A DNA stretch of 64,000 bases from the human T2T-CHM13v2.0 reference genome, Homo sapiens: the NCBI RefSeq assembly GCF_009914755.1, contig NC_060927.1, one strand, 5' to 3'. Below, in pieces: positions 43,811-59,342 of the stretch. Under the pieces are notes generated by a model. The model had not been told where the DNA came from. It was given only the letters and a program-made list of their open reading frames with translations, and did no database searches. Within the stretch, counting starts at the first letter, position 1. Every line of letters begins with the position of its first letter. A program made the position numbers and the translations under genes.

Positions 43811-46058
43811 TTTTATGCTTTTTACCATTAGAATTAAATAGAATAAGGGTAAAGATGGCAAAATTCCTGACTTTTCAGAAATTAAATTGTCTGGTAAGTC
43901 ACATGTGATATAGCAACTCAGTGTCAGCTGATGTAAAATTTCTGACTTGGCTTATAAAGACAGTTTAGTCATGCCATTGTGGAAAGTATGTTTCATAAAT
44001 TTGTAATAGTAAGAATTATGGATCACCTATCAAGGTAGTGTGACTGGGTAAGGATAAAGTCATTATGGGTACTGGGAAAACAACTGGAATCGCACCCTAA
44101 AGAAGATTTCCTTTCTAGAGTGGTTACTGATGGATAAGCTGTTAGCCTTATTAGCTGTAATTTTCATATCAGAAATCTCTGACTGCATTTAATGAGCTTC
44201 CAAAATGGTTATATACAGTTTTATATTAAGTGTGTTGTGGAATTCAGTCATCAGTGTTAATATATATCTCTTATAGATAATCAGTAGTGGTTCATTCATG
44301 TATATCCACAATTTTGTATGATGCATTGACTTAAGATAGTTAGAAAAATGATATATTTCCTTATTTATTACATAGCTTACTAGGACTGAGTACTGAGGAA
44401 AACTTAATTCAACTCCATACATAATACTACAATTGATGGTAGTGCAGGGTTATATTTTGGCATGCCTCTTATCCAAAGTGACATACAAATTATCTCAGAC
44501 AAAGGAGAATTGGCTCTATCTTTTAAAATTTTCCTTGGAGAAAGGAACTCTTTGTTGTAGACCACAAAGAGAAAAGAAACAAGGAATAAAAATTTATCGA
44601 GTTATTCCAGATGATTAATGTTGGTGAGTATTTCAGGATTTTTACAACTCTTTTAGTTTTGTTTTAAACAGATTAAAGAAACCTACACTTTTCTTACTTC
44701 TTTAAAAGGAAATGAATAAGTGGAATGTATGTTATAATTTTTAAAATGGCATATTTTCTTCATACAAACCATCCCAAGTGATTTGTGACTCAAAGATAGC
44801 CACGAAGGCAGCAGAAATGCAATTAACAATTCCTGGAGGAAAGGGAATTGCTTTCCAAATAAAGAGAGCCATTGTTTAATTTTTTATCTTCTGTTGAGAG
44901 AAGCACATATGAACCTTTTAATCTGTCTTACCTTGAGGAGATGCAGCAAAACCCATGCTCAGAATGAATGTTTGAATATGTAGAATATCCAAAAAGCCAG
45001 TAAGAAGAACTATTGATTACATGTCAGGTACTTATTCTAAAAGTAATCACTTACACTGTTTTACAAAAACTGTATCCTCTGAAAAATACAGCTCTTTAGA
45101 GGAAAAGCGAAACAGTGCTATTTTGTCTTTGTATGATGCTGTTCTTTACTGTGACAAAATATAATTGTTTGGAAATGTTAGTTTTTGGTGAGCATTTGAG
45201 ATTAAAAAACATTGTTGGCACTTTGGCAAATAAATTAAGGCTGTATTAAATCTTTTAATTAGAAAATTGACTTTGAAGCATTTTGAGGGAGATATTTCTC
45301 AAAAGGCTTGAATTGGCATCCCAGTGAGAAATACGACTTTAAAAAAAATCTGTAAAAATACCTAGTAATTGAAAGGCCATTAAAATAATCACTTAACATT
45401 GAACTTTCAGAGCTATACAATTTTCTGTGTATATAACTGAATAAAGACAAGTTATAAAAAAATCTGTCCATTGTCATTTCAGTACCAGATGCTTTCATTA
45501 CTTGGGTATAATGGTAAGTCACCAATTTCTTTGAGTAGCCAATTTACTGTATTTTAGCTGGACTTTAGCAAAGGCTGGTAAACAGAAATGGTGCAACATA
45601 TGCACTTTATTCAGCAGTGTGTGCTGAATCTTATTCTATCTTATGTGTGAATGAGTATTTTTGAAAAATGCAGCTGCAAAGCCATCTAGGCCAGTTACCA
45701 AGACTGAAAGGACTTAGATATTATTCTCCCTTCCCACACCCCCTTTTTTGTGGGCATGAATGGAGGTACATTTGGATTGTAGATGATAAGGAATATGTTG
45801 GGTCTCTTCAGAGCTATTTTCTGCTGTAATGTGGCTTTTATAAAACTTAACTGGGATACAGATACAAAACTTAACTGGGATACTTTACCTGACTTCTGCC
45901 TCTCTCTCAAGTCTCATCTCTACTTTGCCACTCCTCCCACCTCGTAAGAATTTACAAGTCCCCATATGTGCTGAGCAGTCTCTCCCACTCTGTCTTAGTT
46001 TCTGTCATGTCCTCCATCTGGCATGTCCTCCTTCTACTTGTCTGTCTGGCCAATCTGA

Positions 46059-46562
<504 letters not shown>

Positions 46563-48672
46563 TGAATAATAAATATTTGCAAAGTGATTTACTTTAAAAA
46601 CCTTAAGGGCTTATAATAAAATGTGAATAGATTAGAGCCTAAACAGTATCACTGGAACTTTCCATTTGCTTCATGTTCATTTCACTTAATGCTTTTGGCA
46701 TTATTTCTAAGCCTAGATATTTATTTATCCCACAGATATTTTTCTCTAGTTCTCAATGTTTATAGAATTTTTTTAAATTACCATAAACATTTTTGGGATT
46801 ATTTGATCATATCATAATAACTCTTTTTCTTTCTGTCTTTTTTTTTTTTTTTTTTTTGGTGATTTTTTTGTTATCTCAGAAAGTAGCCCTCTAGTTTTCC
46901 TTTCTAGACTTACCTTTCATTACATTATCCCCTTTCAGGCCTTCAGTCAAACACATTACTTGTCCCCAGAACATACTCTGCACTACTATTTCAGTAGTAG
47001 TAAGCAAGTAGATACGACCTTAAGTAGAAATTAAACTCTGCAAATTACCTGAAAGTCATTTAATATCATTTAATTTTTCATAATGTATATATTTCTATAA
47101 AGTGATGTATAACATTTGTTATTAATCTACTTCAGAATCATGTTTAAAAGATTCCACTAAAGGAGCATATTCAAGGATATTCGATGGATGGAAACAGTTC
47201 TATCCATATATAGTTCAATCAAACAGCTTTGTGCTGCTAATTCATTCATTCATTTGTTCATTCATTTCTTCCACCCTTTAATTGGTAAATATACTTGCAT
47301 TTTCATGATTAGGTTTCTTTATACACAAATTTATTCAATATTAAAATAACAAAGCAAAATTCCCTTCTTTTACCAGGAAGGTAATCTTTCATGAAAGAAA
47401 AAAGCTGAAAAATATTAATTTACATGTGCTTTATTCTAATCTAATGAAGCAGTGTAATGCCAGTAACTTTATTTATGTATCTATTCCCCAAACATTCTTT
47501 TGCTTCAGAATTTTTACATAGGTATCCTTTAATCACAGACATCAGAATGCTAGACCATATACTTTTCAAGAGACTTACTGCTTTATTTTGGACTCAAGCA
47601 ATAAAATGTATTAAAATCAAGATATTCAGATTACTCAGATATACTATAAATGAACGATGTCTAGGTAAGGAGGAAAGATGGGATCGAAAGAAAGAGAGAA
47701 AGATAGTTTTTATCACTGAACTATAATATTAATGAGAGTTAAAATGTCATAAGAGCCTGATACTCTCTTCTGAGGAGTAGCTCTTCTCAACATGGCCTGC
47801 AGTAGTCCTAAAATAATGTGCAGGAAAGAACAATGTTGAAATGGAATGTAATATTGGCAGGATTGCTTGCTATAATTCTGGATCTTATTTCAATAATTGA
47901 TTATTCGATACTGCAAAGTTCCCAGGAATTTTTATCCAATAGATAAAATTAATGATTTACATTCACAATCTGAATCCTCAGATCTATTGCTCCATTCTCA
48001 TCTGCATTGTTTTGATCACTTGAGAAAGAGATTCTACTTCTTAATTTCTTCTTATTTCTTTGGACTCAAAAAGATGATCATAGCTAGGTTTTGAGAATTA
48101 TCTCTATTCTCTATGTCTCTCATTAATTTATTTCATTTTCTTCCCTTATAGAATAAGTACTTTTTCTCCTCTATTAGACATCTGGGTGGGGAGAAAGGGT
48201 ATTTTGTGTCCAGGCTGATGGTTAATTTACTGTTCCTTTGTGGCTATGCTGAAGGAAGAGAAAATCAGTTCTCCAGAGAACTTTTCCATTTTGCACTTGG
48301 AAAGGTTTAGAAGCAGAGTTAGAGTGTGTTTTCTTTAGGGAATCTTTAGAAGGTAGACATTAAAGTGAAGGTCTAGTTGTGTCACATTTCTAGAACTGCA
48401 AAAACCCAATTTATAACTAGAAGTTTGAAGAGGCCAGGCTCCAGAACCATCCAGTATCTGTATTATGCTATTTTCTTTTTCGTTTTGACTTTTCACCTTT
48501 TTGTGTTTTGAAAGATGGAAGACACAGTAAAAGTATCCATAATGTGTATATGTGCAATTTAAATAATAGTAAAATGAATTTCTGTGTACTCAATACTTAG
48601 TTTAAGAGAGACCTGTTACTTTCTAATGTATCACTTTAATCAGACTTCATTAAAGACCTTGTTATCAGGTAA

Positions 48673-48973
48673 TTTTTTTTTTTTTTTTTTTGAGACAGGG
48701 TCTTATACTGTTGCCTGGGCTGGAGTGCAGTGGCATGAACATGGCTCACTGCAGCCTTGACCTCCTGGGGCTCAGGCGATCCTTCCACCTCAGCCTCCCA
48801 AGTAGCTAGGACTATATGCACACTCCACCATGCCTGGCTAATTTGTTTTGTTTTGTTGAGAGGGGGTCTTGTTATGTTGCTCAGACTGGTCTCAAACTCC
48901 TGGGCTCAAGTGATCCTTTTACCTTGGCCTTCCAAAGTGCTGAGATTACAGATGTGAACCATTGCATCTGGCC
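48673..48973 (-). mobile_element. AluJ
   Basis: J-type diagnostics; TSD ggtaatt. Confidence 0.9.
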
Positions 48974-50248
48974 TGGTAATTCTTTATCTTCAAGATTTTA
49001 TTCCATCTACAGATTATATTAAATGAGCTGATCTTCATAATGAGAAAGCTCTATATTTGCACTAATTTTACATTGATTTCAAATGTTTTAAATAAAGTGA
49101 TGTTAAGTATACCATAAAGTGACTGCTCATTAAAGTTACTCATTTTTTATCTTGTGTTTATAATAGCTTGCAAAGGGAAAGTCTCTTTGTAAGGCCAGAA
49201 CAAATTCTAGCAATACTGTGTATTTTCTAATTCTTTCTTTTTGCTACATTATACTGTTTTCATTACCTCTAGCCTGATCCTAACCTAAAAAACCCATGGA
49301 TATGTCTTTTCTAATTTCAGATTCTTGGGAGTAGAGCTTATGTTTTATGCAGTTCTGTGTACTGAGCTTTTAGTACAGTGCCTACAATACCAGAAACAAT
49401 TAACAGGCAGTAATGGAGGAGTATACTCAGAGATCTGTCGCTGGGTGGCGCTGAACATCAAAATTCTTACTGTAATTGCTCCATCACAGTTACTTTTCAA
49501 GTGCAATGGAAGTTCCTGTGTTACTTGTGAAATTCCTAGTAAGCTGATTTTAAGTACAGAAAGTTATCCTCTTGTTGCACAGAAAGTTATTCTAAAGCCT
49601 TTATTTTCAGTGGTGGGTGGGCTGAAATGGGGCCTCTGCTATGTTAGGATGAGAAATCATTAAGATTTGATTGGAATATGAATCCTATCAGTGTCTAAAA
49701 AATATGAACTTAGATCAGATCCTTTATTTTAAATATCTACTTTAATATACATAGGTAACTAGAGAATATTTATGAATAGCTTTTTTAGATTTAAATTGCA
49801 ATTCTGACAAATATTTAGGCAGCTTTTAACTAGTATAGTTTATTTTAACTGGTGTGGTTCATTACAAAGTAAAGATTTTTTTAAAGCAGTTTTAACTTAA
49901 GCATAACTTACAAGTTTTAACTTATAGCAAGCATAACTACACATAAAGGTTATTCAGATTTTCTTAATGTCACTGGGAAAAAAAGACGAATGTAATTTAA
50001 CTTTTAAATTAATTTTAATTTTATGTTATTCATTTTATTATCTTTAGTACTAATCATGTTCCAGCTACAGTATTAAGCTTCATAATACTGGAAATAGCCA
50101 CATTCAAAGACCTATAAGCTAATGACTTTGATTTTTTGATGGGATGTTGCAGAACATGATTGTTGCAACATGGAACAATCATGTTGAAAGGCATCAATCT
50201 TTTTTCTGATTGCCAACAACCTATGGAATATTAAAAACTATCTATATG

Positions 50249-50497
50249 AGTGAGTTTCAAACTTTTTTGACTGCAACCCACCCACAGTAAGAAGTTTATT
50301 TTTACTTGTTCCCTAGTTTGTATACAGCACACAGTCTGACAATAAAATTTCATGGAATAGTACTTACCTACACTACCTATACGATAATAACTTGGTATAT
50401 GAAATTTCTTTTTATTAAAAAATAAAATTCACTTGGGTTCACTAAATGACTTTACTGCCTGGTAATGGATCATGACCTATAGTTTGAAAAATGCAGA
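50249..50497. mobile_element. hAT-Charlie MITE (MER112/MER113-like)
   Basis: Inverted termini tttcaaact...tgactgcaaccc / catgacctatagtttgaaaaa. Confidence 0.55.
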
Positions 50498-50701
50498 TTT
50501 AGGCCAATCTTTTCTGTGTAGCAGTGAAAACTGGCAGGGACACTAAGAAGTATGCTTTTTGCCTAAGCACTTCTAAGTTCAAAAATTGCTTTTTATTTGT
50601 AATTTTAGTAGTAAATTGTGTCTCCCAGTATTTAAAATTGCTTGTCCATATGCCATAGATTGACTTTAAAATGATGCCATTGGAAAAAATAACAAAAGAT
50701 C

Positions 50702-50996
<295 letters not shown>

Positions 50997-53055
50997 AACA
51001 TAAGATCTTTAATAATTTAAGTTCCAAGCGTTTTGGCTTCTGTTTTTTGGTATACTGTACTTGAAACAAATAAGTATGGCTTTTTGTATAACACAAGATT
51101 TTACTAGCCCTACCAAAAATGTTTTCTAATGAAATAAATAAATTCAGCTTACCTCTAAGCTTAACATGTACAGTGGTAATATGCCACTTAGCAAAAGGTC
51201 AACTTTCCCAGAACATAGCCTCAGAGAAGAGAAGGAAACATGCCTTTGTACCACCATTATGAATGTTGCTAAGCTTCAGCGTTAAAACCATGTACTTTTC
51301 CTGGCAGTTTTTCTCAGAATTCTTATGCACTTAATTTTTTTTAAAGAATAGAATTCTTATTGGGTTTAGTTCTTTTTTTTTCTCTGCCACAGAGAAGGAT
51401 ATACGGATGGAGGAAGTCCAGAATAACTATTAGTAGAGTACCAGTGGTAAGCACAGAGAGAGGAAGTAACATATGACACTTAACATTAAGGAGAAAAACT
51501 ATAGTCTGTTGAAGCATGTTCATGATGATCTCGAGTAACTGGAAAAGGTCAAGTCACATTTGGTGAAAAGGTGGGGAAAATGCAACATATCACAAAAATT
51601 TTTATCCAAAATGACTAAAGTAAAATTTCCTGTGTGCTTTCGTGGAGGGTGGGTGGGGGAGGGGGTAGGAAGGAACTAACCAACAGATACGAGGAAATTT
51701 TATTTTTTTGACTTATATATTGCTGGATAGGGCTGGATAATCAGTTACCTTAGTTGCAGTTTACTTTAAACAACTATTTATATGAGAGATATTTTTCTAG
51801 GCTTGAGATATACATAAACAAAAAAGATTGTTCTTAAGGAACATTAAAGCCTGGTACTTAAAATGCTCTAAATGTTATTTTGTCAGATCTCTGTTTTTCA
51901 AGGTGAAAACAGGCTTAGTTTTCTAGTAATTAATGTTTATACCAAGAAGCATGAAAACAGATCTTTTGTTAATTTTTAAAGTAATACTCTGAAACATGAA
52001 TTTTCACAAATTTTGCTTACTAGTATTGTGCTATGCACTTACCTTTACTAAGTGCAGGATGATTTTGTTTTTATTTTCAATTTGAGACCATGATGAAATT
52101 AGTCCATATTTATATCATGTTTTTAATGAGCCATGGTAGTTGAAAATTAATCTATTTAAAGTTAAGTATGTGAAGCTGGCCTGATTAAAATGTATCAGGT
52201 TGTCACAGTACTCAGCTGGATATTTAAAAAATAATGCCCTCAAGACAAAAGCTTGTGGTTCATGTTACAACAAAGATGAAAATACAGGTATACTTCTGAA
52301 GTTAATCCATTGTTAGTAACTACCAAGTGTTTTTTCTTAAACAGTTTTAAAATAAGCCCCATATTTTATGTCTTATACATTCTCTCTCTGTACAACAGCA
52401 GCATTCTCCTACATGTAGTTACCACACTTAAGAAATTTAATATTGATAAATATTATCTAATAATATAAACTACATGTTTAAATTTCCTAATTGTGTCCAA
52501 AATATCTCTTATAGTTGTTTTCTTTTTAACCATTTCAGGATCCAATCATGAATCCCAGACTAAACATATTCAGCTTAGTTGTCATGTCTCCTTTAATCTA
52601 CAACAGCTCTTGATTCTTTTTTTCCTACTTTGTGCATTTCTGTGTTTCAGTTTAATAATTTCTATTCCTTTGTCTTCACATTTACTGATCCTTTATTCTA
52701 CAATGTCTATAATCTTTTAAGCCCACCTAGTGAACTTTTCATATTGTATCTCTTTTATCTAGGAGTTTCACTTGGATCTTTAAAATGTGTGTGTATGTGT
52801 GTGTGTATGTATCATCCATTTCTCTGAGCCTTATGTTTATATTCTCCTTCAAATCCTTGAACGTAATTTATAATTTTATGTCTTTATATTACATGTAAAT
52901 GTATTCTTATAATAATAAATTATAATTTATAGCTGTTTTAAAATCCTTGTCTGCTATTCATAATTCCGTATCCATGTAATTTCTGGGTCTGTTTCTGTTG
53001 AATGGTTTTTCTCATGGTTATGGGTCACATTTTCTTGCTTCTTGGCGTGTCTACC

Positions 53056-53510
53056 TTTTTGTTTTTCAACTTTCATTTTTTAAGTTCTGGGGTACATGTA
53101 CAGGATGTGCAGGTTTGGTACATAGGTAAACGTGTGCCATGGTGGTTTGCTGCACAGATCAACCCATCACCCAAGAATTAAGCCCAGCATCCATTAGCTA
53201 TTCTTCTGATGCTCTCTCTCCCCCGACCCTCCCTGAGAAGTACCAGTGTATGTTCTCCACCCTGTGTCCATGTGTTCTCATTGTTTAGCTCCCACTTATA
53301 AGTGAGAACACGTGGTGTTTGGTTTTCTGTTTCTGCGTTAGTTTGCCAAGGATAACGGCATCCAGCTCCATTCATGTCCCTGAGAAGGACATGATCTCGT
53401 TCCTTTTTATGGCTGCATAGTATTCCATGGTGTATATGTACCACATTTGCTTTATCTAGTCTATGATTGATGGGCATTTGGGTCAATTCCGTATCTTTGT
53501 TGTGAATAGT
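53056..53510 (-). mobile_element. L1PA (L1PA8/10-like) 3' end nested in an older L1 relic (~52600-53960)
   Basis: aagttctggggtacatgtacaggatgtgcaggttt...; TSD gcRtgtcta. Confidence 0.85.
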
Positions 53511-53957
53511 GCATGTCTAGTAACTTTTGATTAGATGTTGGACATAGTGTTGTATTGTCATATGTCTTGGTCTTTAAAGACCTTTTAATTTTGTTGTGGC
53601 TGGCAGTAAGTTACTTGCAGATGAGCTTGGTTATTTTCAGGCTTGTTTTTAAAGTTTGTTAAGTTGATGAAGAGTTGCCTTTACTGTAGCACTACTATTT
53701 TAGCTGTACTAATAAGGTATAACCCTTCTAGGGTGTCCTCTGAATGATCTAGTATTCAAGGAAGTCTCCCCTCTCTGGCTGGTCAGAGCTTGAACTCTTC
53801 CTGATCCTGTCTGAATTCTGGAAATTGTTAATCTTTTTTCCAGTAATTGTTTTTTTTTCCCTAGTGAGCTTGTTTGTCCAGGCTTATAAGGTCTCACTGT
53901 ATGCATGCATATGCCATTCTTATATTTAGCCAAAGACCTAAAGGGAACCCATCTACA

Positions 53958-55720
53958 TTTTTTTTTAGTTTTTTATTTAAAATTTTTGTGGGTACATAGT
54001 AGGTGTATGTATTTATAGGATACATGACATTTTTTGATACAAACATGTAATGTATAATAATCACATCATAGAAAATGGAGTATCTATGACCTCGAGCATT
54101 TATCCTTTGTGTTACATACAATTCAGTTTTACTTTTTAGTTCCTTTAGAATGTACAATTAAATTATTAACTATAGTAACCCTGTTGTGCTATCAAGTACT
54201 AGGTCTTATTTATTCTGTGTGTGTGTGTGTGGTTTTTTTTTTGTACCCATTAACCATCCCCATCTCCCCCCACTACACTACTCTCTTATCTCCATGAGTT
54301 CAATTGTTTTGATTTTTAGATCCCACAAATAAGTGAAAACATGTGATGTTTGTCTTTCTGTGCCTGGCTCATTTCACTTAACATAGTGGCTTTCAGTTTC
54401 ATTCATGTTGCAAATGACAGGATCTCATTTTTTCTAATGGCTGAATAGTACTCCATTGTGTCTAAGTACCACATTTTCTTTATTCATTCACCTGTGGATG
54501 GACACTTAGGTTGTTTCCAAGTCTTGGCTATTGTGAACAGTGCTGCAACAAACATGGGAGCTTGGGTATCTCTTTCATATAGTGATTTTCTTTCTTTGGG
54601 GAATATACCCAGCACTGAGGTTGCTGGATCATATGGCAGCTCTATTTTTAGTTTTTTTGAGGAATCTCCAAGCCGTTCTCCCTAGTGATTGTGCTAATTT
54701 ACATTCCTACCAACAGTGTACAGGGTTCCCTTTTCTCCACATACTCTCCAGCATTTCTTGTTGCCTGTTTTTTTTGGATAAAAGCATTTCAACTGGGGTG
54801 AGATGATATCTCATTGTAGTTTTGACTTGCATTTATCTGATGATCAGTGATGTTGAGCACATTTTTATTTGCCTATTTCCCATTTGTATGTCTTCTTTTG
54901 AGAAATGTCTATTCAAATCTTTTGCCCATTTATTAATTGGATTATCAGACTTTTTTCCTATAGCATTGTTTGAACTCCTTATATATTCTGGTTATTGATT
55001 CCTTTTCAGATGGGTAGTTTGCAGATATTTTCTCCTAATCTGTAGGTTGTCTCTTTACTTTGTTGATTGTTTCCTTTGCTGCGTGGAAGGCTTTTATCTT
55101 GATAGGAGTCCATTTGTCCCTTTTGCTTTGGTTGCCTGTGCTTATGGGGTATTACTCAAGAAATTTTTGCCCAGACAAATGTCCTGGAGATTTTCCCCAA
55201 TGTTTTCTTGTAGTAATTTCATAATTTGAGATGTTAAATTTAAGTATTTCATCCATTTTGGTTTGATATTTTTATATGGCAAGAAATAGGGGTCTAGTTT
55301 CATTCTTCTGGATATGTACCTCCAGTTTTCTCAGCGCCATTCATTGAAGAGACTGTCTTTTCCCCAGTGTATGTTCTTGACATTATTGTCAAAAATGAGT
55401 TCACTGTAGGTGTGTGGATTTGTTTCTGTGTTTTCTATTCTGTTCCATTGTTCTGTGTATCTTTTTATGCCAGCATCATGCTGTTTTGGTTACTATAGCT
55501 GTGTAGTATAATTTGAAGTCAGGTAATGTGATTCCTTCAGTTTTGTTCTTTTTGCTGAGGATACCTTTGTCTCTTCTTGGTCTTTTGTGGTTTCATATAA
55601 ATTTTACAATTGTTTTTCTCTATTTCTGTGAAGAATGTCATTGGTTTTGATAGACATTGCATTGAATCTGTAGATTGCTTTGGGTAGTGTGGGCATTTTA
55701 ACAATATTGATTCTTCCAAT
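53958..55720 (-). mobile_element. L1MA1/2-like 3' end and ORF2 C-terminus
   Basis: tttgtgggtacatagtaggtgta...aatcacatcat 3'UTR; downstream ORF2 homology. Confidence 0.85.
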
Positions 55721-57260
55721 CTATGAACATGGATTTTTTTCTCTTAATTTTATTTTGGATTGTTCATTGCTAGTGTATAGAGAAACAGTGGATTTATGTA
55801 TATTGATCTTGTATCCTGTCACATTGCTAAACTGGTTTATTAGTTTTAGTAGTTTATTTGTGGATTCTTTCATATGATTGATTGATTGATTGATCGAGAT
55901 ATCATTTGCACATACATATAGTTTTACTTCTTCTTTTCCAATCTGGAAGCATTTTATTTCAATTTCTTGCCTAATTTTCCTGGCTAGAACTGCCTGTACA
56001 ATACTAAATAGAAGGGCCAAGAGTGGAATTCTTGTCTTTCTGATCCTAGAGAGAAGGCATTAAGTCTTTTAACCTGAAGTATGATGTTAGCTGTGATTTC
56101 TCATAGATGCTCTTTATCAGGTTGAGTTCACTTCTATTTCTGTTCGTTGAGTACTTTTATCATGAAAGGATATGATTTTTTCAAATGTATAGTGTTAGTA
56201 GTATCCAAATAAGTTTTGATATGTTTTGTTTTTGCTTTCATTCATCTCAAAGTATTGTAAAATTTCCTTTGTGATTTTTTGACCCATTGATTAGGAGTGT
56301 GTTATTTAATTTTGAAATATTTGTGAATTTCCCAAATTTCCTTCTGATGTTAATCTTTAATTTCATTCCACTATGATTGGAGAATATACTTTGTGTGATT
56401 TCAGTACTTTTAAAGTTATCCAGGGACGTTGAAGAGGACAGGAGAAACAGACTTGAATCGCTGACACCACCCTTCTTCATTCCCCGCCCGCTTCCCGGCA
56501 GCAACCACGCAATGCAGAGTCTGTGCACTAGGAGTAGCGAGAGCACAGTGACTAGAGGACTTTACATGGAACTCAGTGCTGCCCTGTCACACAGTTCAAC
56601 AATGATAGTTGGAGACTGCAATGCCCCAATTTCAATAATGAATAGAACAGCTTGTCAGAAAATCAGTAAGGAAACACAAGACTTGAGCAACAGTATAAAT
56701 CATCTAGACCAAACCGATACCTATAGAATGTTCCATCCAACAACAGATGTTGATCTCCAGGGCTCAGGTGATCCTCCCACCTCAGCCTCCTGAGTAGCTG
56801 GGACTACAGGCATGTGCCATCACACCCAGCTTATTTTTAAATTTTTTGTAGAGATGGGGTCTCTTTACATTGCCAGGCTGGTCTTCAGTTCCTGGAATCA
56901 AACAATCCTACTGTCTCAGCCTCCCAAAGTGCTGGGATTACAGGCATGAGCCACCATGCCCTGTCTTCTAGAAGTCTTTTTGCAGATTCATTTAAGTAGA
57001 TGATTATGTGAACTGCAGATAAAGACTGTTTTAGTTTTTCATTTCTTCATCCATATGCACTTTTACACACTCTCTCTTCTCTCCTCTCCCTTTGCCCTAC
57101 TCCCACCACCTTATTGCATTGGCTAAGAGCTTCAGTACAATGTTGAATAGAAGCAGTAAGAGTGAATATCTTCATTTTGTTGCTGTTACTAAGGAGAAAG
57201 CATTCAGTCTTTTACCAGCAAATAGAATGTTAATTGTAAGAGTTTTGTAAGTAACACTAT
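55720..57260. mobile_element. Mosaic of older L1 ORF2 pieces (minus), an inverted L1 5'UTR+EN piece (plus, 56425-56746) and a partial AluJ (minus, 56748-56963)
   Basis: EN peptides on both strands (IVGDCNAPISIMNR on +; SIFSNHSGMKLKIN on -). Confidence 0.75.
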
Positions 57261-58260
57261 TAACAGAAGATATTTTAAAATAATATGAAGCCAAGTTCAT
57301 ACTTGAACATGAAAGTTGATTGGGAGCAAAAAGAAAAGAAAGACGCTTTAAAGCTACTGAAGACATCATGAGTAAATTGGAATTCAAGAAAATGTAGTCA
57401 TTCTCTTCCTAGTGAGTAAGCACTTAAAATACACCTTGAGAGAGGTGTATTTTTATATTTATTCCTAAACCATGGTAGATGAATTTTCCCAGTATTTATT
57501 ACTTTTTTCTACTTCTATTCTTATTAGTTTACTTGTTTTAGTAATAAAATTATGACTTGTCACTGAAATTTTCCTCTACCTCACATATATTTTTATTCTG
57601 CACGCATTACTGTTTGACATATTTCAGTATATCCTCTTTTAACTTCCCAATTAAAATAAATGATCTATTTGTACTTATAAAAATGTTGAAATAGTGAACT
57701 AAAATTTATGTTATTAAAATTAGAAGAGAGTATATTTGTAAAAGCTACTATTTATCATCAGATATCTTTTGCCCATTATCTGAAGACAGATGTTCTCAGA
57801 AACACTGGGCATTTGCAGGAAATGAATGTATGCTGTTGCTGGAATATCCTCTGTCTGTCTGAAGTAGTCCTGCTTTTGGGCTTGCCTTTTCTCTGTTCTT
57901 CAAACATTACAAATTACTCTTCGTGCAAAACAGCACTATAATTCAGATAAAAGTTTTAGAACTTGAAATGCAGATTTGTATTTCAAGTAAATAATGTTCT
58001 AGTTCTAAGTATGTATCATTTTACATGAATATCCAGACTCCTGTCTAATATAATAACTGGATTCTTTTCAAGGTTATTGTTCACCAGGGAAAGTCACCTC
58101 TCTTACATTTTTACCATTCTTGCAGGTGTGTAGCCTGGACATATACACATGTCTGCTTATTTGCAACATCTCTTCCCAGAGAAACAATGAAGTACACTTA
58201 ACTTCGTTCATATATAGAAGTTAAAGAGGATTGAAGATTATAGGAAATGTAACAATGTGA

Positions 58261-59342
<1,082 letters not shown>

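Noticed and set aside
56377-56793. 138-aa ORF with an endonuclease-like motif
   Set aside because: Chance fusion of L1 and Alu fragments with a non-ATG start; catalytically incomplete
57280-57400. Purine-rich, coding-looking stretch (possible pseudogene fragment)
   Set aside because: Stops in the plausible frames and no recognisable protein; more likely an old L2-like relic
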